From Lama glama (Eukaryota), in NCBI GenBank assembly GCA_028534125.1, contig CM052817.1:69070001-69134000 (forward strand): 64,000 nucleotides of DNA. The letters run 5' to 3'. The position numbers were made by a program, and so were the translations under genes. The notes beneath the pieces were generated by a model. The model was not told where the DNA came from, ran no database searches, and saw nothing but the letters and a program-made list of their open reading frames with translations. Of the stretch, positions 35,991-49,388 are shown piece after piece (within the stretch, counting starts at the first letter, position 1; each line of letters starts with the position of its first letter).

Positions 35991-38052
35991 ATGAAAAGAC
36001 AACAAATAAGGTATTTGAGCATCACTTAAAATAACTTAAAATCCTGTACAAACACTAATTGTTATCATTATAAATTCTTCAACCAGAACTAACACGCAAA
36101 ATCATATTATTATTCTTTTGCCATAGTTAAATTGATTTGCTGTAATTTCATATATGAAAAGATTCTTTTGAAATGTGGTGAAATATTTTCATGTGAATTC
36201 CAGCGATCAGTCAGTAAAGAGAAATAATGATGGTTGTTAATACTCCTGATTTGAGTAGTAGTGTTGGTCAGTTGGGGACAGGGAGATATTTTCTCTCATG
36301 ACTTATATAACTAAATGTGCTACAGTGACTATCTGGTTTCCTCAGAAGAATATGGCATTGGACTGACTCCAGATACTAACTGAATGTCACACACCAAGTC
36401 TTGTAAGGCTAAAAATCTCCGTTAAAGACAGATTCTTTGTTCTCAAACATACATCACAGTGGAAGCTAACTAAAGAGATCATCTGCTGGTCACAAAAAAT
36501 TTTTTTAAGAAGGAGCCACTTACCAGAGATTCCTGCTTCTTTAGTATAAAATCAAAACTAAAAAGTCTTGGGGTCTTTAGTTAATCATGATCTCACAGAC
36601 TAAGTAAACTATATTTTCAAAATTTAGAAATAATCTTGTTTTGTTTTCCATTTTTCAGTATCATTTAGGAATCCTTTATAGCCAAAGTCTCTTCAGCATG
36701 AAATTAATACTTCTGTACTGTTGGAAAAATTTGAAATATCTTAGTATGTTTTACTACAGTTCAATGTTTTTCATACCCTATGCGTCCTTTTCATTCATTC
36801 AGTGATGTGGGTGTCATCTGGTGGCCCAAACCATTCTCTTCAGCTTCTACATTTTGACATGATAGTTTATCCTATGTCTTTGGTTTATTTTGTAAGAACT
36901 CAGATACCCATTTATGTTTACTAAAATCTTCATATTATTTGATTTTTACTTGCATCTAATAAACTGCTCACTTACCTTCTATTCATATTAACAAAATAGT
37001 TTTGAAAACTTTTATAGGCTTGTTACAAAAGACACCTAAGGGGAGGATAACTAAATTTTTTTTTCATCTCTAAAGCTTATTTTTGCTTTAAGGAAATAAA
37101 TTCAACAAAAGATCTTGGCAAACAACGTCATTCAAATATGGAATCAACAAAAAAGTATACCTTTTCTAATATGTATATGCATGTGATTATGTTTGATGTC
37201 TTCTTTTTTGTGTTCTATGACAGTAGGAGTTGTTTTTTTAATACAATCAAAATAGTGCTTTATAATCTATAGATACATAAGGAAAATTTAATTTATTCTG
37301 CTTTAATTAATCTTTAATTCTCAGTGTTTATTCATTGTGTTCATTCAATGGTACATGAACTCTCTTCATTTTTGGCAAAACTCATAGGACATAATATTTA
37401 TCATCTGTTTATCCTAAAGTTTTATACTAGCATACTTCCTATTAAATTTCTGTGATTAAATATATCATACATATGGTACAAAATTAACAATTTGGAATTA
37501 ACAGGAAATTGCATTTTCTTTCTCAGCCCACATTTTTTCCACTAACTACAAGAAACAGAGTTGGGTTTTATTATTTATTTATAGAAAGTCAGTAATTTTG
37601 TATCCAAGTTTCATTTTTACTTGAATTTTAGTAATTTATGTGTAGTTTATGGAAGGTTCCATTTCTCTCATGACAAATTATGGGAAGAAAGATAGACTTT
37701 TATTTTAACTCAGCCAAGATTATACTGAAGCTGGATATTTTCTACATCTCATGCAAATATTTTCCTAGTCTAAATGTAATGTTTTAAAATAATTCTATGT
37801 ATTTATAGGCAATGACTGCTTTGTTTTAATTTTTGACTTTTCTGGAAATATGGGAAATAAGTGGAGACTTGCCTCCTGGGCTTGAGATGTATACCTAAGA
37901 CATACACTTAGCATCTGACAAATTTTTTTTTGTTAGTTAAGGTAAATATTTAGTATTAAGAAAAGTCAAATTAGCTTTTTTTTTCCCTTGAGTTTATGGA
38001 ATATGATTGAAGTGCGAATCAAAAGGAGAAGAGAAACTTTCATGTATAAAAG

Positions 38053-38393
38053 TGTAAAAAATTAATAAACAGAAACCTCAGTTAAACTGAGTCAGCAGAC
38101 TAGAAGGAGGAGCTGTCACACTCTTTGGTGATAGCAGAGCCCTACAGGAAAAAGAAAGACTCCTCTTCTTCCTGACAAGGACTCAGCCAGTGTAACTCCA
38201 TGGTCTATTTGTTTACATTTGTCCTCCCAACTTCCTTTCCCTCTATAAAAGAGTGCTCTCCATTTTTGTGGGGGACTTGCCACGTGTGGCTTGCCATGGT
38301 TGTAGACTCTGAATTGCAGTTCTTTGTTCATCCTGAATAAACCCATTTTTTTGCTGGAAGAATAACTGGCAGTCTATTTTGTTAGGTCAGCCA
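38053..38393 (+). mobile_element. Solo ERV LTR (probably ERV1 class) with intact TATA box and poly(A) signal
   Basis: TG start; tataaaa at 38244-38250; aataaa at 38336-38341; end 'ttaggtcagcca'; possible degenerate 4-bp TSD aaag/agag. Confidence 0.75.
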
Positions 38394-40164
38394 GAGCTAT
38401 ATGCTTATACAAAATAGGAGCAGTCTTCTGGGAAATTCTTCTAAAGAAAGGGTGGGAAAAATGGACATCAAGAAGGAAAACAGCAAGAGTTGAATTAGGT
38501 GATCATAAAAAATTTAAGAGAGAGCAATCAAGTGATCAAAGGAATAACGAAGAAGTAAGAGTAGGAAAAAGACATAGAGAATAGAGTGGTGGGGAATGCA
38601 GTGGCAGTACTAGAAATCAGGAGCCTCACAATCCAATCTCGGCAGAAGAGCTACTGCTGGCTACCCTTGTTCCATTTACAGATTCAGCCTATGTTCCGAT
38701 ATCCCCAGAAATTAGGAGGTAGTGAGACCAGAGTTATCTTTCCCCAGAGAGAAAGAACTTGAGACCAGAGAATTTAAAGAGAAAGGGGCCTCTTAGAGAC
38801 TGGGCTTCCATGAGGCACTGCATACCTGCAGATGAGTTTAACAGTTGGGCTCCTCAGAAACAAGGACCTTGTATTTATAGTGATGCAGCTGGAGGCATAG
38901 ATGCCTGGGGACTGAGTGGTTTTCAGGAATGGAAGGTCACACTGACAATGGGTTGGCTTGAAACTGCACTTATCTTACAGTTAATTCAGACTGTCATGGA
39001 CCTATCCTATTGGAATGAAAATGGCAGAATCAACTAACGTGAGGAAGACTTAGGGTGTGCTTTAAGCTTTAGTGCTCCATGGCATAAGTCTTCAATTCCA
39101 CTAGGCTTTCCATGTGTCCAAAAGCCACTTTGCGGTAACTCAGCATGCCAGAGTCTCCAGATCCACTCAAGCTTTCCTAAACTTAATAGCCAGGAGTGAG
39201 CTATTAACTCAGGATCATAACTAAAATTAATATGGGGTATGGATAAGCAAGACTCTGGGGGAGTCATTATCTGTCTTCCAGATGCAGGGGGGTGAGGAAA
39301 GTATGGGAATAACTGTGCATCTGAAAATATTCATATTCTTTTGGCCCCAATCCAGATCCTGACTAATAATTTTGAAATGCTGAGGACAGAAGTTAAACAG
39401 GCATCTAGATCCATGTCCACTGGGGAGCCCTTGATCAGCTAGCCGCGGGCCAGCAGTGAGAAAAGCTCTGAATCTTGAAGCCAGGCCAAGAAAATAAAAC
39501 CCAGTGGGTCTGAACCTATTGTAGGTACTAATGGAGGGACAGAGTCCAGATGAGGATAAAGGCCAAAGTCTAAGAGGCAAGGACTGACTGAGAAGTGAGG
39601 GAATTGTTTCAGTGCAAGTTGCATAAGCTGAAGGAAGGTCTTTCTTTTTAATGGCTCGGGAACAAGGGCATAACTAGAGCCTTGTGTGTGTTTCTGATTC
39701 TCCAGCCTAAATGCTGATGAGGGAATGATAGTAAGAAGTAAGAGGATATTAAAGCAGTTGGTCAAAATAATAACTTGTTGGGAACTATTCCCTTTATCAG
39801 CTTTAAAAATGCTCAGGCATTTGAAAAAGGCAATCAATATGTTATCATCTAATTATCATCTATTTGCAGTGTAAACTAAGGTCACCCTCTTGGGTTTTTT
39901 AAACATTTCCTGAATGGTCTCTATGATTATTATTTGTAGTGTATTTTCCCAAAGGGCTTTTTGTTTTTTAACTTTAATATCCGGAAAGTCATCAAGGAAA
40001 ACAACAGAGTGTATTGCTTTCTGTTAGTGCTTCACCAGTTTTGCTGTTACAAAGAAGTATTTTGGGAAGGTTAAGCCATAAAAAAATTGAGCTAGCTCTA
40101 ACGTATAAACTTAATATTAAGTAAAACTCATAGCGTATTTTATAGTAATATGTATACCCTGTGA

Positions 40165-40415
40165 TATAAATATTAAATAAAATAATAACTTTCATTGCGA
40201 TGTTTACAGCCTGTCCCACATGTATGACTTGCTTCACATATATTAATTCATTTTTTGAAATAGATACTACCATTATATATAATTTACAGAGAGGAACTGA
40301 AACACAAAGAGATTAAGTAACTTGTCCAAGGTCACAGTTTATAAGCTTCTAAGCCAGAATTCAAACCCAAGCAGTATACTCATGGGCCTATCCAATATAT
40401 TACCCTACAGCTATT
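40165..40415 (-). mobile_element. MIR SINE
   Basis: 'tttacagagaggaactgaaacacaaagagattaagtaacttgtccaaggtcacag'. Confidence 0.85.
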
Positions 40416-40714
40416 ACAAGGGAAAAATACACACATGCACACACAAAAACGTAAAGCTTTAACTGAGGATCCAAATTGAGATGGAATCAATGAAACAAAA
40501 TGATGCTAGGAGGCCTGTTTGGAACGATATTTTCTCAAAAAAAAAGAACAAAAGCTTTAATATCAATACTCCTGAAAACACTTAAATACCTGTTCACTAG
40601 AATATGGACAACCAAACAAGGAGATAAATCTAGGAGGCACAGGATCAAGTAAAAACCAATTAAGTTAACTAGCCGTCATTCACCAACTAGATTCACCAAT
40701 GTCATATCTAAACA

Positions 40715-40970
40715 GCATTCTTCCTGTGGCCTCAGAAATAACTGATGCTCCTACTGAGGGAGTCTGGGAACAGATCTTTCCCTAGTTGAGCCTCAGATGA
40801 GACCACAGCCCTGGCTGACAGTTGGATTGCAGCCTGGCAAGGCCCTAAATGAGAACCTAGCTAAGCAGTGCCCAGACTTGTGACCTCCAGAAACTATTTG
40901 AGTAAATGTGAGTTGTTTAAAGCCACTAAGACTGTGGTAATTTGTGATATAGCCCCAGAAAACTCATACA
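40715..40970 (+). mobile_element. MaLR LTR 3' half (MLT1E-like)
   Basis: 'cagatgagaccacagccctggctgaca...ttgtttaaagccactaagactgtggtaatttgtgatatagccccagaaaactcataca'. Confidence 0.8.
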
Positions 40971-40974
40971 TTAA

Positions 40975-41915
40975 TCAAACTGTCAATTTATTCATTTAGT
41001 TATTTATATCAATATTGGTGTACGGTTTCTTATTCTTTACTGTCATTTTTTTTTTTGGTGCTCATATTGTCCTAGATTTGACCAGTGTGAACCTTTTGAC
41101 ACGTCCTTTTGACACATACCGATCATTCTTTGGTTACCTCCTGCTCTCTGGCACAATGCCTCTTCCTCTTTGCAAACACCCTCCTAATCTCACTCGGGTT
41201 CTCAAATTCTGCCCCAAACTTTTACTGCTGCTTCCCTTCTTCTCCCTTCACCTCATGCCAGCATGGATATTCTCCTTACTCTGCTTGAAATGTGCATCCT
41301 TAAGTCAGGCTTCCCACCTCCTGTCCCTACCTTGATGTTTACCTCACCCTAATGTCACTGACAGTCCGTGTCAGGTCATCCTTCCACAGATGCTCTTCTC
41401 AACCTGCTTGATTTCTGGCATGCTGTGCCAGGGAACTGCTGTGCATGGATACTTCCTCATCCCCCTCAAACTCTGACAATCTATGCCAGGCCCTCATACT
41501 TGAATCCTCTCTTCTCTGTCTTCAGGTTCTAATGTCCTGTAATGAGACTTTTCTTTGAGTGGATGATTTTCTTACAGTTTGGGCTTTGACCCCCAGCTCT
41601 GGTCATTCCTCCCATCCACATTTAGGTTCTGATACCCCTTATTAGGTCAACCCTCTGGGGGATGCCCTACTCACCCTTCTTGGACTGTGATACTCTACAA
41701 TGGGATGCTCTAAGGCATAGATATTCCCTTTATCATTCTTGGCTTTCAATGCCCAGATGTGGCAGTCCTTCTATGCAGAAGCCTTCTTCACCTTGTTTGG
41801 ACACCTGTACTTCCGTCTAGACCACCATCACTCATTGAGTCTCCCCACTGTAGACACCTACCTGGCTCAGCATCACCTCAGGGCTTTGAACTTAATTATT
41901 CAGAGAGAGGAAGGA
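40975..41915 (-). mobile_element. L1MC-type 3' region containing a decayed ~55-60-bp tandem repeat (41265-41860)
   Basis: 'ttttttggtgctcatattgtcctagatttgaccagtg' is an L1MC-like motif; recurring unit approximately 'ggatgccctcctcaccctgctt.ggctctgacaccc.gtgccagg'. Confidence 0.6.
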
Positions 41916-44034
41916 AGAAAGGAAAGGCAAATTAAGAGTCAAGAAGGAAAATGAGAAAAGAAAGAGGAAAATAGATAGATACATACATACCTACATACAT
42001 AGACAGACAGATAGGTATCTTTGATTCTATTTAAATGAAATCTCAGAATAAATATCATAGGTCAGAATGTGCAGTTGATGCTTCATATTTCCAGGTCTTA
42101 CAAGCTTGCTCAATTTAAATACATTTATAAAAATTTTTAAAGTTTTAATTTCTTATGAAGTTTAGTCATAATAGGACTTTTTAAGAAGAAATTTCCCTGT
42201 CAAACCAACTGTGCTAGGCACATATTAAGGTATTCAAAGAGCTTTATTTTTGTTTCTTTCAAAAGAAGCTTTCATTAATTTGATATTGAGTTTTCTCATA
42301 AAGTATTAACCAACATTTGTTTATTTTCTATGACTTATTTGTAAGCAGTATATAGCCTTTACCTAGCAAAATACAGTATAATTGAAAGCTAGGCCAGAGT
42401 ATCATTTTTATGATGTCGCTTTTCAGCATTATAAATTTCAGGTACACATATTAAAATTTAACTAAAATGATAGATTTTTTGTCACTTCCGCAACATGAGA
42501 AAATACTTAATCTTCTTGAATCTTCTGACTGTATTTTCAGACATTGCCCATATTCTAAAGTCTGTGCAAATTTCATGTAATGGTTAAACAGTCAAAATGA
42601 TAATGTTAAACAAACAATTGAAAAATGTATATGTGGAAAATAAACCTGCCTTTTTCTCCTGGCCCCCAAATCATAAGAGAAAGTTGCTGTTGCCAATTTC
42701 TTGGGTAATTATCACAAATATTAAATACACTCAAAACTAATGAAATATGTCAATCCATGGACTCAAGAAATTCTCTGAGCCCAAACCTTCTTCAATATTT
42801 GCCAGTAACTCCTGGATCAGAAGATAATGATCAAGTAGCAGGTGGTATCAGCATTGAAGGACAGAAATTTGGGCAAAAAAAGAATACCCAGAAAGAAAAA
42901 AAGGGTGTTCTAGTCTCCTCTTAATCCCATTAAGAAGACTAGTACTTATGATAGTCAACTTATAAGTAGGAGAATGTGGACACTTACTAAATGAATTCTC
43001 ATTCCTTTCAGTAAAATGTTTTGTACCCAATTGGCAGAACAAACAAGGCTTGCAGAATAAAACCAGTGACGTACAGGTTGGTCTTTTATTGAGGAAATGG
43101 AAAAAAATAAAAAACAATTGAATTTTTTAAATTCCAAAAATATGCAGAGTGACAATTTGTGCTTTATAATAATAAATCATTGCTTGTATATAAGAACATT
43201 CTATAATATCTATGTAATAGCATTTATCATGTTGTTAAAATCATGTATATTAAAATATAAGTTTGATTTATTCATTTTAATAGAGTTAGCAAATTCCTTA
43301 GAACAGGTTGCTTAACTTACTTCAAGGCCAATTAAAATATACCATTCTTATTCTACAAAGTATGTGTTTGTTGAAATGTGATATACAGACTCTATACCTT
43401 TTCAGTAAATGGTTTCAAATTAACTTAAATCTGTACGCTCAGAGCAAATTGTGTTTAATAAAATCTGTTTACTAGAAGTAAAAGTATGGTAAGAATAAAG
43501 TAATGAAAAAACAGTAAAGGAGGAAATAAACAAATTGTGCAAGGGCTGGAGCATAACGAGGTTTTTACTGGAACAAGTGGTACTGACTGTAAATTGCTTC
43601 TGGGTGGTCAAGCCACAAAGGGATGATGCAATCAATGATAAACAATATATTATGGCATAATCACTTTCTTACCACTCTTTTGTGTTCATCTTTTTCTATC
43701 ATCTTTGTAATATATATCATATAGTGTAATTCATGGTTACTTTTATAATGATAATATTTGCTGCAATGTAGCTTATAGAATTTTTTCATAAGTATAAATG
43801 CTTCCTAAAAATATTTCATTTTGAAAATCGGTTTTTATTTCCAGATTATTTATGACATCTCTACATTTTTTATGTAAGTATGAATTTTGAATGGTAAGAT
43901 TTGGTTTGATTTTAATTTTTTATGCTTTTATATATGTTTAACTTTTGTAAAAAGTAACACTTTTATTTGAGGATAATAATAGTATTATTTTATCTCCTTG
44001 GTTATATTATACATAGTATTTATCATTTATTCAG

Positions 44035-44230
44035 TAAATGCCAAGCAGTTGAAATATTTTCTTTATTCCTTTCAACAACCTTTTGAGGTAGATACTGTTG
44101 TTTTATCAGAGGAAGATGAGTGTTAGAGAGATAACAAATCCTTGCTTACCGAGTTAGAAAGTGGTAAAGCTATAGTTAAAATCCAAATTTGTCTGATTCC
44201 AAAACCCATGATCAGCTACTGTACTCTACT
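44035..44230 (-). mobile_element. MIR SINE
   Basis: 'caacaaccttttgaggtagatactgttg...tttgtctgattccaaaacccatg'. Confidence 0.7.
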
Positions 44231-46269
44231 ATCATGGAAAATAAACTAATTTTTTGTTTTTAATCTCCGTAATTGTGATTATCTGCAGGCAAACTAGTAA
44301 TAAGTGAATTTAAGGACTTCTTCAATAATAAAAACTATGACTGTAGGTTTTAGAAATAAGTGCTTTGCTCGATGGTTTAAATTCACTCTACAGAACATGT
44401 GAAAGCACGTATTCCTCATGTGCTTCTCAGTTTGCTTACTGGAGAGTCCAGCAACGCAAGTGAGTCCTGATCATTGACTGGTGTGTGGTTTTAACTGGAG
44501 CTGGATTAGACTAGAGTTGTGTTGGATGAAATTTGCAGGGTACTATAGCAAAGTTGGAGAATATCCTAAAGCAAAGGCTTTTTATTGACTCACTTCCATT
44601 TCTCTTCCTTAAACATGCCATTTCTAGTTTGAAATTTCAGAAAACATTCTTTAAATGAGGAGGGATGACTGGCTTCTGCCTTCCACTGTACCATTGTATT
44701 TATTAAGTCTTTTTTCTTCCTCTGTGTTAATAAAATGATTGCCAGTAACACTGGAGACTAATTTTCTGGCACATATTTTGAAGCAAATACTATTCTCAAA
44801 GTTGAAAATTATAATGTTATTGGCCCTATACTGTCTATTCCCCACCACCACCACTATTGCTCCATCCCTAGTTCTGCTTAACTTTCTAAATGAAGTCAGA
44901 TTAGAAATAAGGACTTTACAAAATATATACTGCAGTTAGAAATCAAATTTATGAAATCATCTACATCAGCAATGTCAATAAAAATATAAGCTACATCTAT
45001 AATTTTATTTTTACTTTTAAATTAAAAATGTTTTATTGAAGTATACTTGATTTACAATATTAGTTTTGGATGTACAATGTAGTGTTTCAGATTTTTTATA
45101 GATTATATCACATTTAAAGTTATTATAAAATATTGTCTATATTCACTGTCTGTAAAATATATTCTTGTAACATTTATTTTATGCATACTTTGTACCTCTT
45201 AGTCCCCTACACCTATCTTGCCCCTCCCCTCTCCCCTCTCCCTACTGGTAACCACTAGTTTGCCCTTTCTCTATGTCTGCGAGTCCGTTTCTGTATTGTT
45301 ACGTTCATCCATTTGTTTTTATTTTTTATATTCCACATATAAATAACATACAATATTCATCCTTCTCTGTCTGACTTATTTCACTAGCATAATACCCTTA
45401 AAGTCCATCCATGTTGTTGCAAATGGTAAAATTTCTTTTGTATGACTGAGTAGTATTCCATTATATGTTTATATAACATCTTCTTTATCTATTCATCTGC
45501 TGATGAATACTTGGGTTGCGTCTATATTTTGACTATTACGAATAATGCTGCTATGAACATTGTGGTGCATGTATCTTTTTGAATTAGTGTTTTTGTATTC
45601 TTTGTGTATATACCCAGGAGTGGAATTGCTGGATCACCTTGTAGTTCTGTTTTTAGTTTTCTGGATAACATCCATACCATTTTCCATAGTGGCTGCATCA
45701 ACTTATATTCCTACCAACAGTGTACCCTTTTTTTTCTCCACATCCTTATCAACATATGTTACTGTGGTCTTTTTGATGACAGCAATTCTGACAGGTGTGA
45801 GGTGATACCTCATTATGGTTTTCATTTGTACTTCTCTGATGACTAGCAATGTTGAGCATCTTTTCATGTACCTGTTGGCCATCTGTATGTCTTATGTGGG
45901 AAAATGTCTCTTCAGGTCTTCTACATAATTTTTAATCAGGTTGTTTACTTTTTGGATGTTGAGCTGTTTCTGTATTTTGGATTTTAACCCCTTATTGGCC
46001 ATATCATTTGCAAATATTTTCTTCCATTCAGTAGGCTATTTTTTGTTTTGTCAATGGTTTCCTTTGCTGTGCAAGAGATTTTAAATTAATTAATTTCCAT
46101 TTGTTTTTTGTTATAATTTTCATTGAATTATAGTTGCTGTACAATAATATAAGTATACAGGTGTACAATATAGTGATCCACAATTTTTAAATGTTATACT
46201 CCATTTATAGTTAGTATAAGATGTTGACTAGATTCCCTGTGTTATACAATATATCCTTGTAGCCTGTTT

Positions 46270-47041
46270 TTTTGTATGTATATTTTTTATTGACATATAG
46301 TCAGTTTACAGTGTTGTGTCAGTTTCTGGTATACAGTACAATGCCTCAGTCATACATGAACATACATATACTTGTTTTCATATTCTTTTTCACTGCAAGT
46401 TACTACAAGATATTGAACATAGTTCCCTGTGCTATACAGTATAAACCTGTTATATGTATATTAGTTATTATCTGCAAATATCAAATTCCCAATTTATCCC
46501 TTCCCACCCCCTTCCTCCACTGGCAACCATAAGTTTGTTTTCCATGTCTGTGAGTCTGTTTCTGTTTTGTATTTATGTTCATTTGTCTTTTTTTATTACA
46601 CATATAAGTGATATCATACAATATTTTTCTTTCTCTTTCTGGCTTACTTCACTTAGAATAACAGTCTCCAGGTCCATCCATGTTGCTGCAAATGGCGTTA
46701 TTTTGTTCTTTTTTATGGCTGAGTAGTGTTCCATTGTATAAATATACCACAACTTCTTTAACTAGTCATTTGTCAGTGGGCTTTTAGGTTGTTTCCATGA
46801 CTTGGCTATTGTAAATAGTGCTGCTGTGAACATTGGGGTGCATGTATCTTTTTGAATTTAAGTTTCTGCTGGATATATGCCCAGGAGTGGGATTGCAGGA
46901 TCATATGGTAAGTCTATTATTTAGTCTTTTGAAGAATCTCCATACTGTTTTCAGTAACAGTGCACCAAGCTACATTCCCACTAACAGTGTAAGAGGGTTC
47001 CCTTTTCTCCACAGCCTCTCCAGCATTTGTCGTTTGTGGAC
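46270..47041 (-). mobile_element. Young 5'-truncated L1 nested in older L1
   Basis: 'ttttttattgacatatagtcagtttacagtgttgtgtc'; homologous to 1890-2840. Confidence 0.85.
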
Positions 47042-47761
47042 TTTTGCTTTTGTTTCCTTTGCCTTAGGTGACAGATCCAAAAGAATATTGCTACGTCACG
47101 TCAATATTTTATGATGTAGATTTATGTCAAAGTGTTCTGCATATGTTTTTTTCTAGGAGTTTTATGATTTCTGGTCTTACAGTTAGGTTGTTAATCCATT
47201 TTGAGTTTATTTTTTATATAGTATGAGAAAATGTTCTAATTTTGTTGTTTCACATGTAGCTGTCCAGTTTTCTCAACACCATTTGTTGAGGATACTGTCT
47301 TTTCCCCCATTGTATATTCTTGCCTCCTTTGTCATGGATTAATTGACCATAAGTATGTGGGTTTATTTATGTACTATTTATTCAGTTCCAGTGATATATG
47401 TGTCTCTTTTTGTGTTGTTTGGATAACTGTAGCTTTATACTAGAGTCTGAATTCAGGGAATATGATACCTCCAGCTCTGTTCTTTCTCAAGATTGTTGTG
47501 GCTATTCAGGGTCTTTTGTGTTTCCATAAATATTTTTAAATTATTTGTGCTATTTCAGTTAAAAATGCCATTGGTATTTTGATAAGGATTGCATTGCATT
47601 AGTGGATTGCCTTGGGAATATGGTCGTTTTAACAACATTAATTTTTCCAACCCATGAACACAATATATCTTTCTATCTTTGTGTGTCTTCTTTGATTTCT
47701 TTCATCAGTGTCTTATAGTTTTCCAAATACAGGTCTTATACCTCCTTAGATGGATTTATTC

Positions 47762-48079
47762 CTAGATTTGGATTCCTTTTATTTCTTTTTCTTGTCTGAT
47801 TGCTGTAGCTAGGACTCCCAAAACTATGTTGAGTAAAAATGGTGAGAGTGGGTATCCTTGTCTTCTTCCTGATCTTAGACTAAATACTTTCAGCTTTTCA
47901 CCACTGAGTATATTAGCTCTGGACTTTTCATATATGGATTTTATTATGTTGAGGTATGTCCCCACTTTGTGGAGCATTTTTATCATAAATTGTTGTTGAA
48001 TTTTATCAAAAGGTTTTTCTGCATCTATTGAGTTGATCATATGATTTTTGTTCTTCAGTTTGTTAATGTAGTGTATCAC
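47762..48079 (-). pseudogene. L1 ORF2p reverse transcriptase fragment
   Basis: [27 protein letters not shown]...[36 protein letters not shown] are conserved L1 RT motifs. Confidence 0.95.
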
Positions 48080-49388
48080 ATTGATTGATTTGCAGATATT
48101 GAACTATCTTTGCGTCCTTGGAATAAATCCCAGTTGATCATGCCGTATGATCCTTTTCATGTATTGTTGCATTCAGTTTGCTAATATGTTGTTGAGGATT
48201 TTTGCATCTGTGTTCATCAGTGATACTGGCCTGTAATTTCCTTTTTTGTGATATCTTTGTCTGGTTTTGGTATCAGAGTGATATACTGGCCTTACAGAAT
48301 GAGTTTGGAAACATTCCTTCATGTGCATTTTTTGGAAAAGTTTAAGAGATATTGATGTTAACTCTTTAAATATTTGGTAGAATTCACCTGTGCAGCCATC
48401 TGGTCTTAGATTTTTGTTGGGAGTTTTTTGTTTGTTTGTTTGTTTTATTACTTATTCAATTTCATTACTGGTAATTGATCTGTATTTTTCTGTTTCTTCC
48501 TGGTTCAGTCTTGGGAGATTATACATTTCTAAGAATTTGTCCATTTCTTTTAGGTTGCACATTTTATTGGCATATAGTTTTTGTTGTAATCTCATAATCA
48601 TTTGTATTTCTGTGGTGTTGTTTTTAACTTCTCATTTCTCATTTCTGATTGTGATGGACTGACTACTGTGGGCGTGTCTGGCCACTAGTCCAGTTGGTTG
48701 CCAGCCCTGCTTTGTGCAGAGGCTACTGGCCACTGGCAATGCTGGATCACAGTTTGGCTTGCTGTGGAATCCTGGTGGGTTCTGGGGCTAAAATTGGCTC
48801 ACTGGTGTGCAGAGCTCTGTTTAGTGTGGGTAGTTGCAGGGCCAGTGTTACAAAATCTAGTGTCGGTCTGCTGGTGGCTGGGGCCAGTTCCTAACACAGC
48901 TGGCTGCGGGTTCTAGGGTTATGTATTAACTGTATTTCAATTGAGACATCAGAAGTGCTACATCTTGGAAGTTCTCAAACCTAGGAGTTAGAATCATGGT
49001 ATGGAACTAAGAGCTATGTCTTAGGGGTAGAGGCATAGCTAGATACATTATAATAAAATTTAAGGAAAGGAGAACATTCTAAAAATTTCCAAGAATAAAA
49101 GCAGATGACTCAAAAGGAAGCAGAAATTAAGTTACTTTGTCAATAGTGACTAGGTGCATTCTAAACAAATTAAGTGAAAAATCAAATGTTCCAAGTATTA
49201 AAGGAATAGAATATCAAATCTAAATTCTTATAGTTTAGATGTTATCCTTTACATAAGAAATATTAAAATGTTCCCAGGAATGAATGTTACCATTTGAAAA
49301 TCTTTGGTGAGGACACTCTCCTCTAAGAAAAGAAAAACCCAGGAGGTCACATGACATACATGAGACATTGTGGTGAGCATTAACTACA

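Larger units (their letters stand above)
45025..48920 (-). mobile_element. L1 (L1MA-like) 3'UTR and ORF2 3' half joined to a 5'UTR-like piece; hosts nested L1 3' ends at ~46105-46265 and ~46270-47041
   Basis: 3' terminus at about 45030; RT peptide in ORF 47762-48079; GC-rich segment 48651-48920; host resumes at 'tttgcttttgtttcctttgcc' (47042). Confidence 0.85.

Noticed and set aside
41265..41860. CRISPR-like repeat-spacer array
   Set aside because: The DNA is eukaryotic, the units are degenerate tandem copies without identical repeats and unique spacers, and there are no cas genes.
44960..48975. MER3/MER33-like element split by the large L1
   Set aside because: Only short degenerate matches on each side (44960-45010, 48920-48975); not supportable without alignment.
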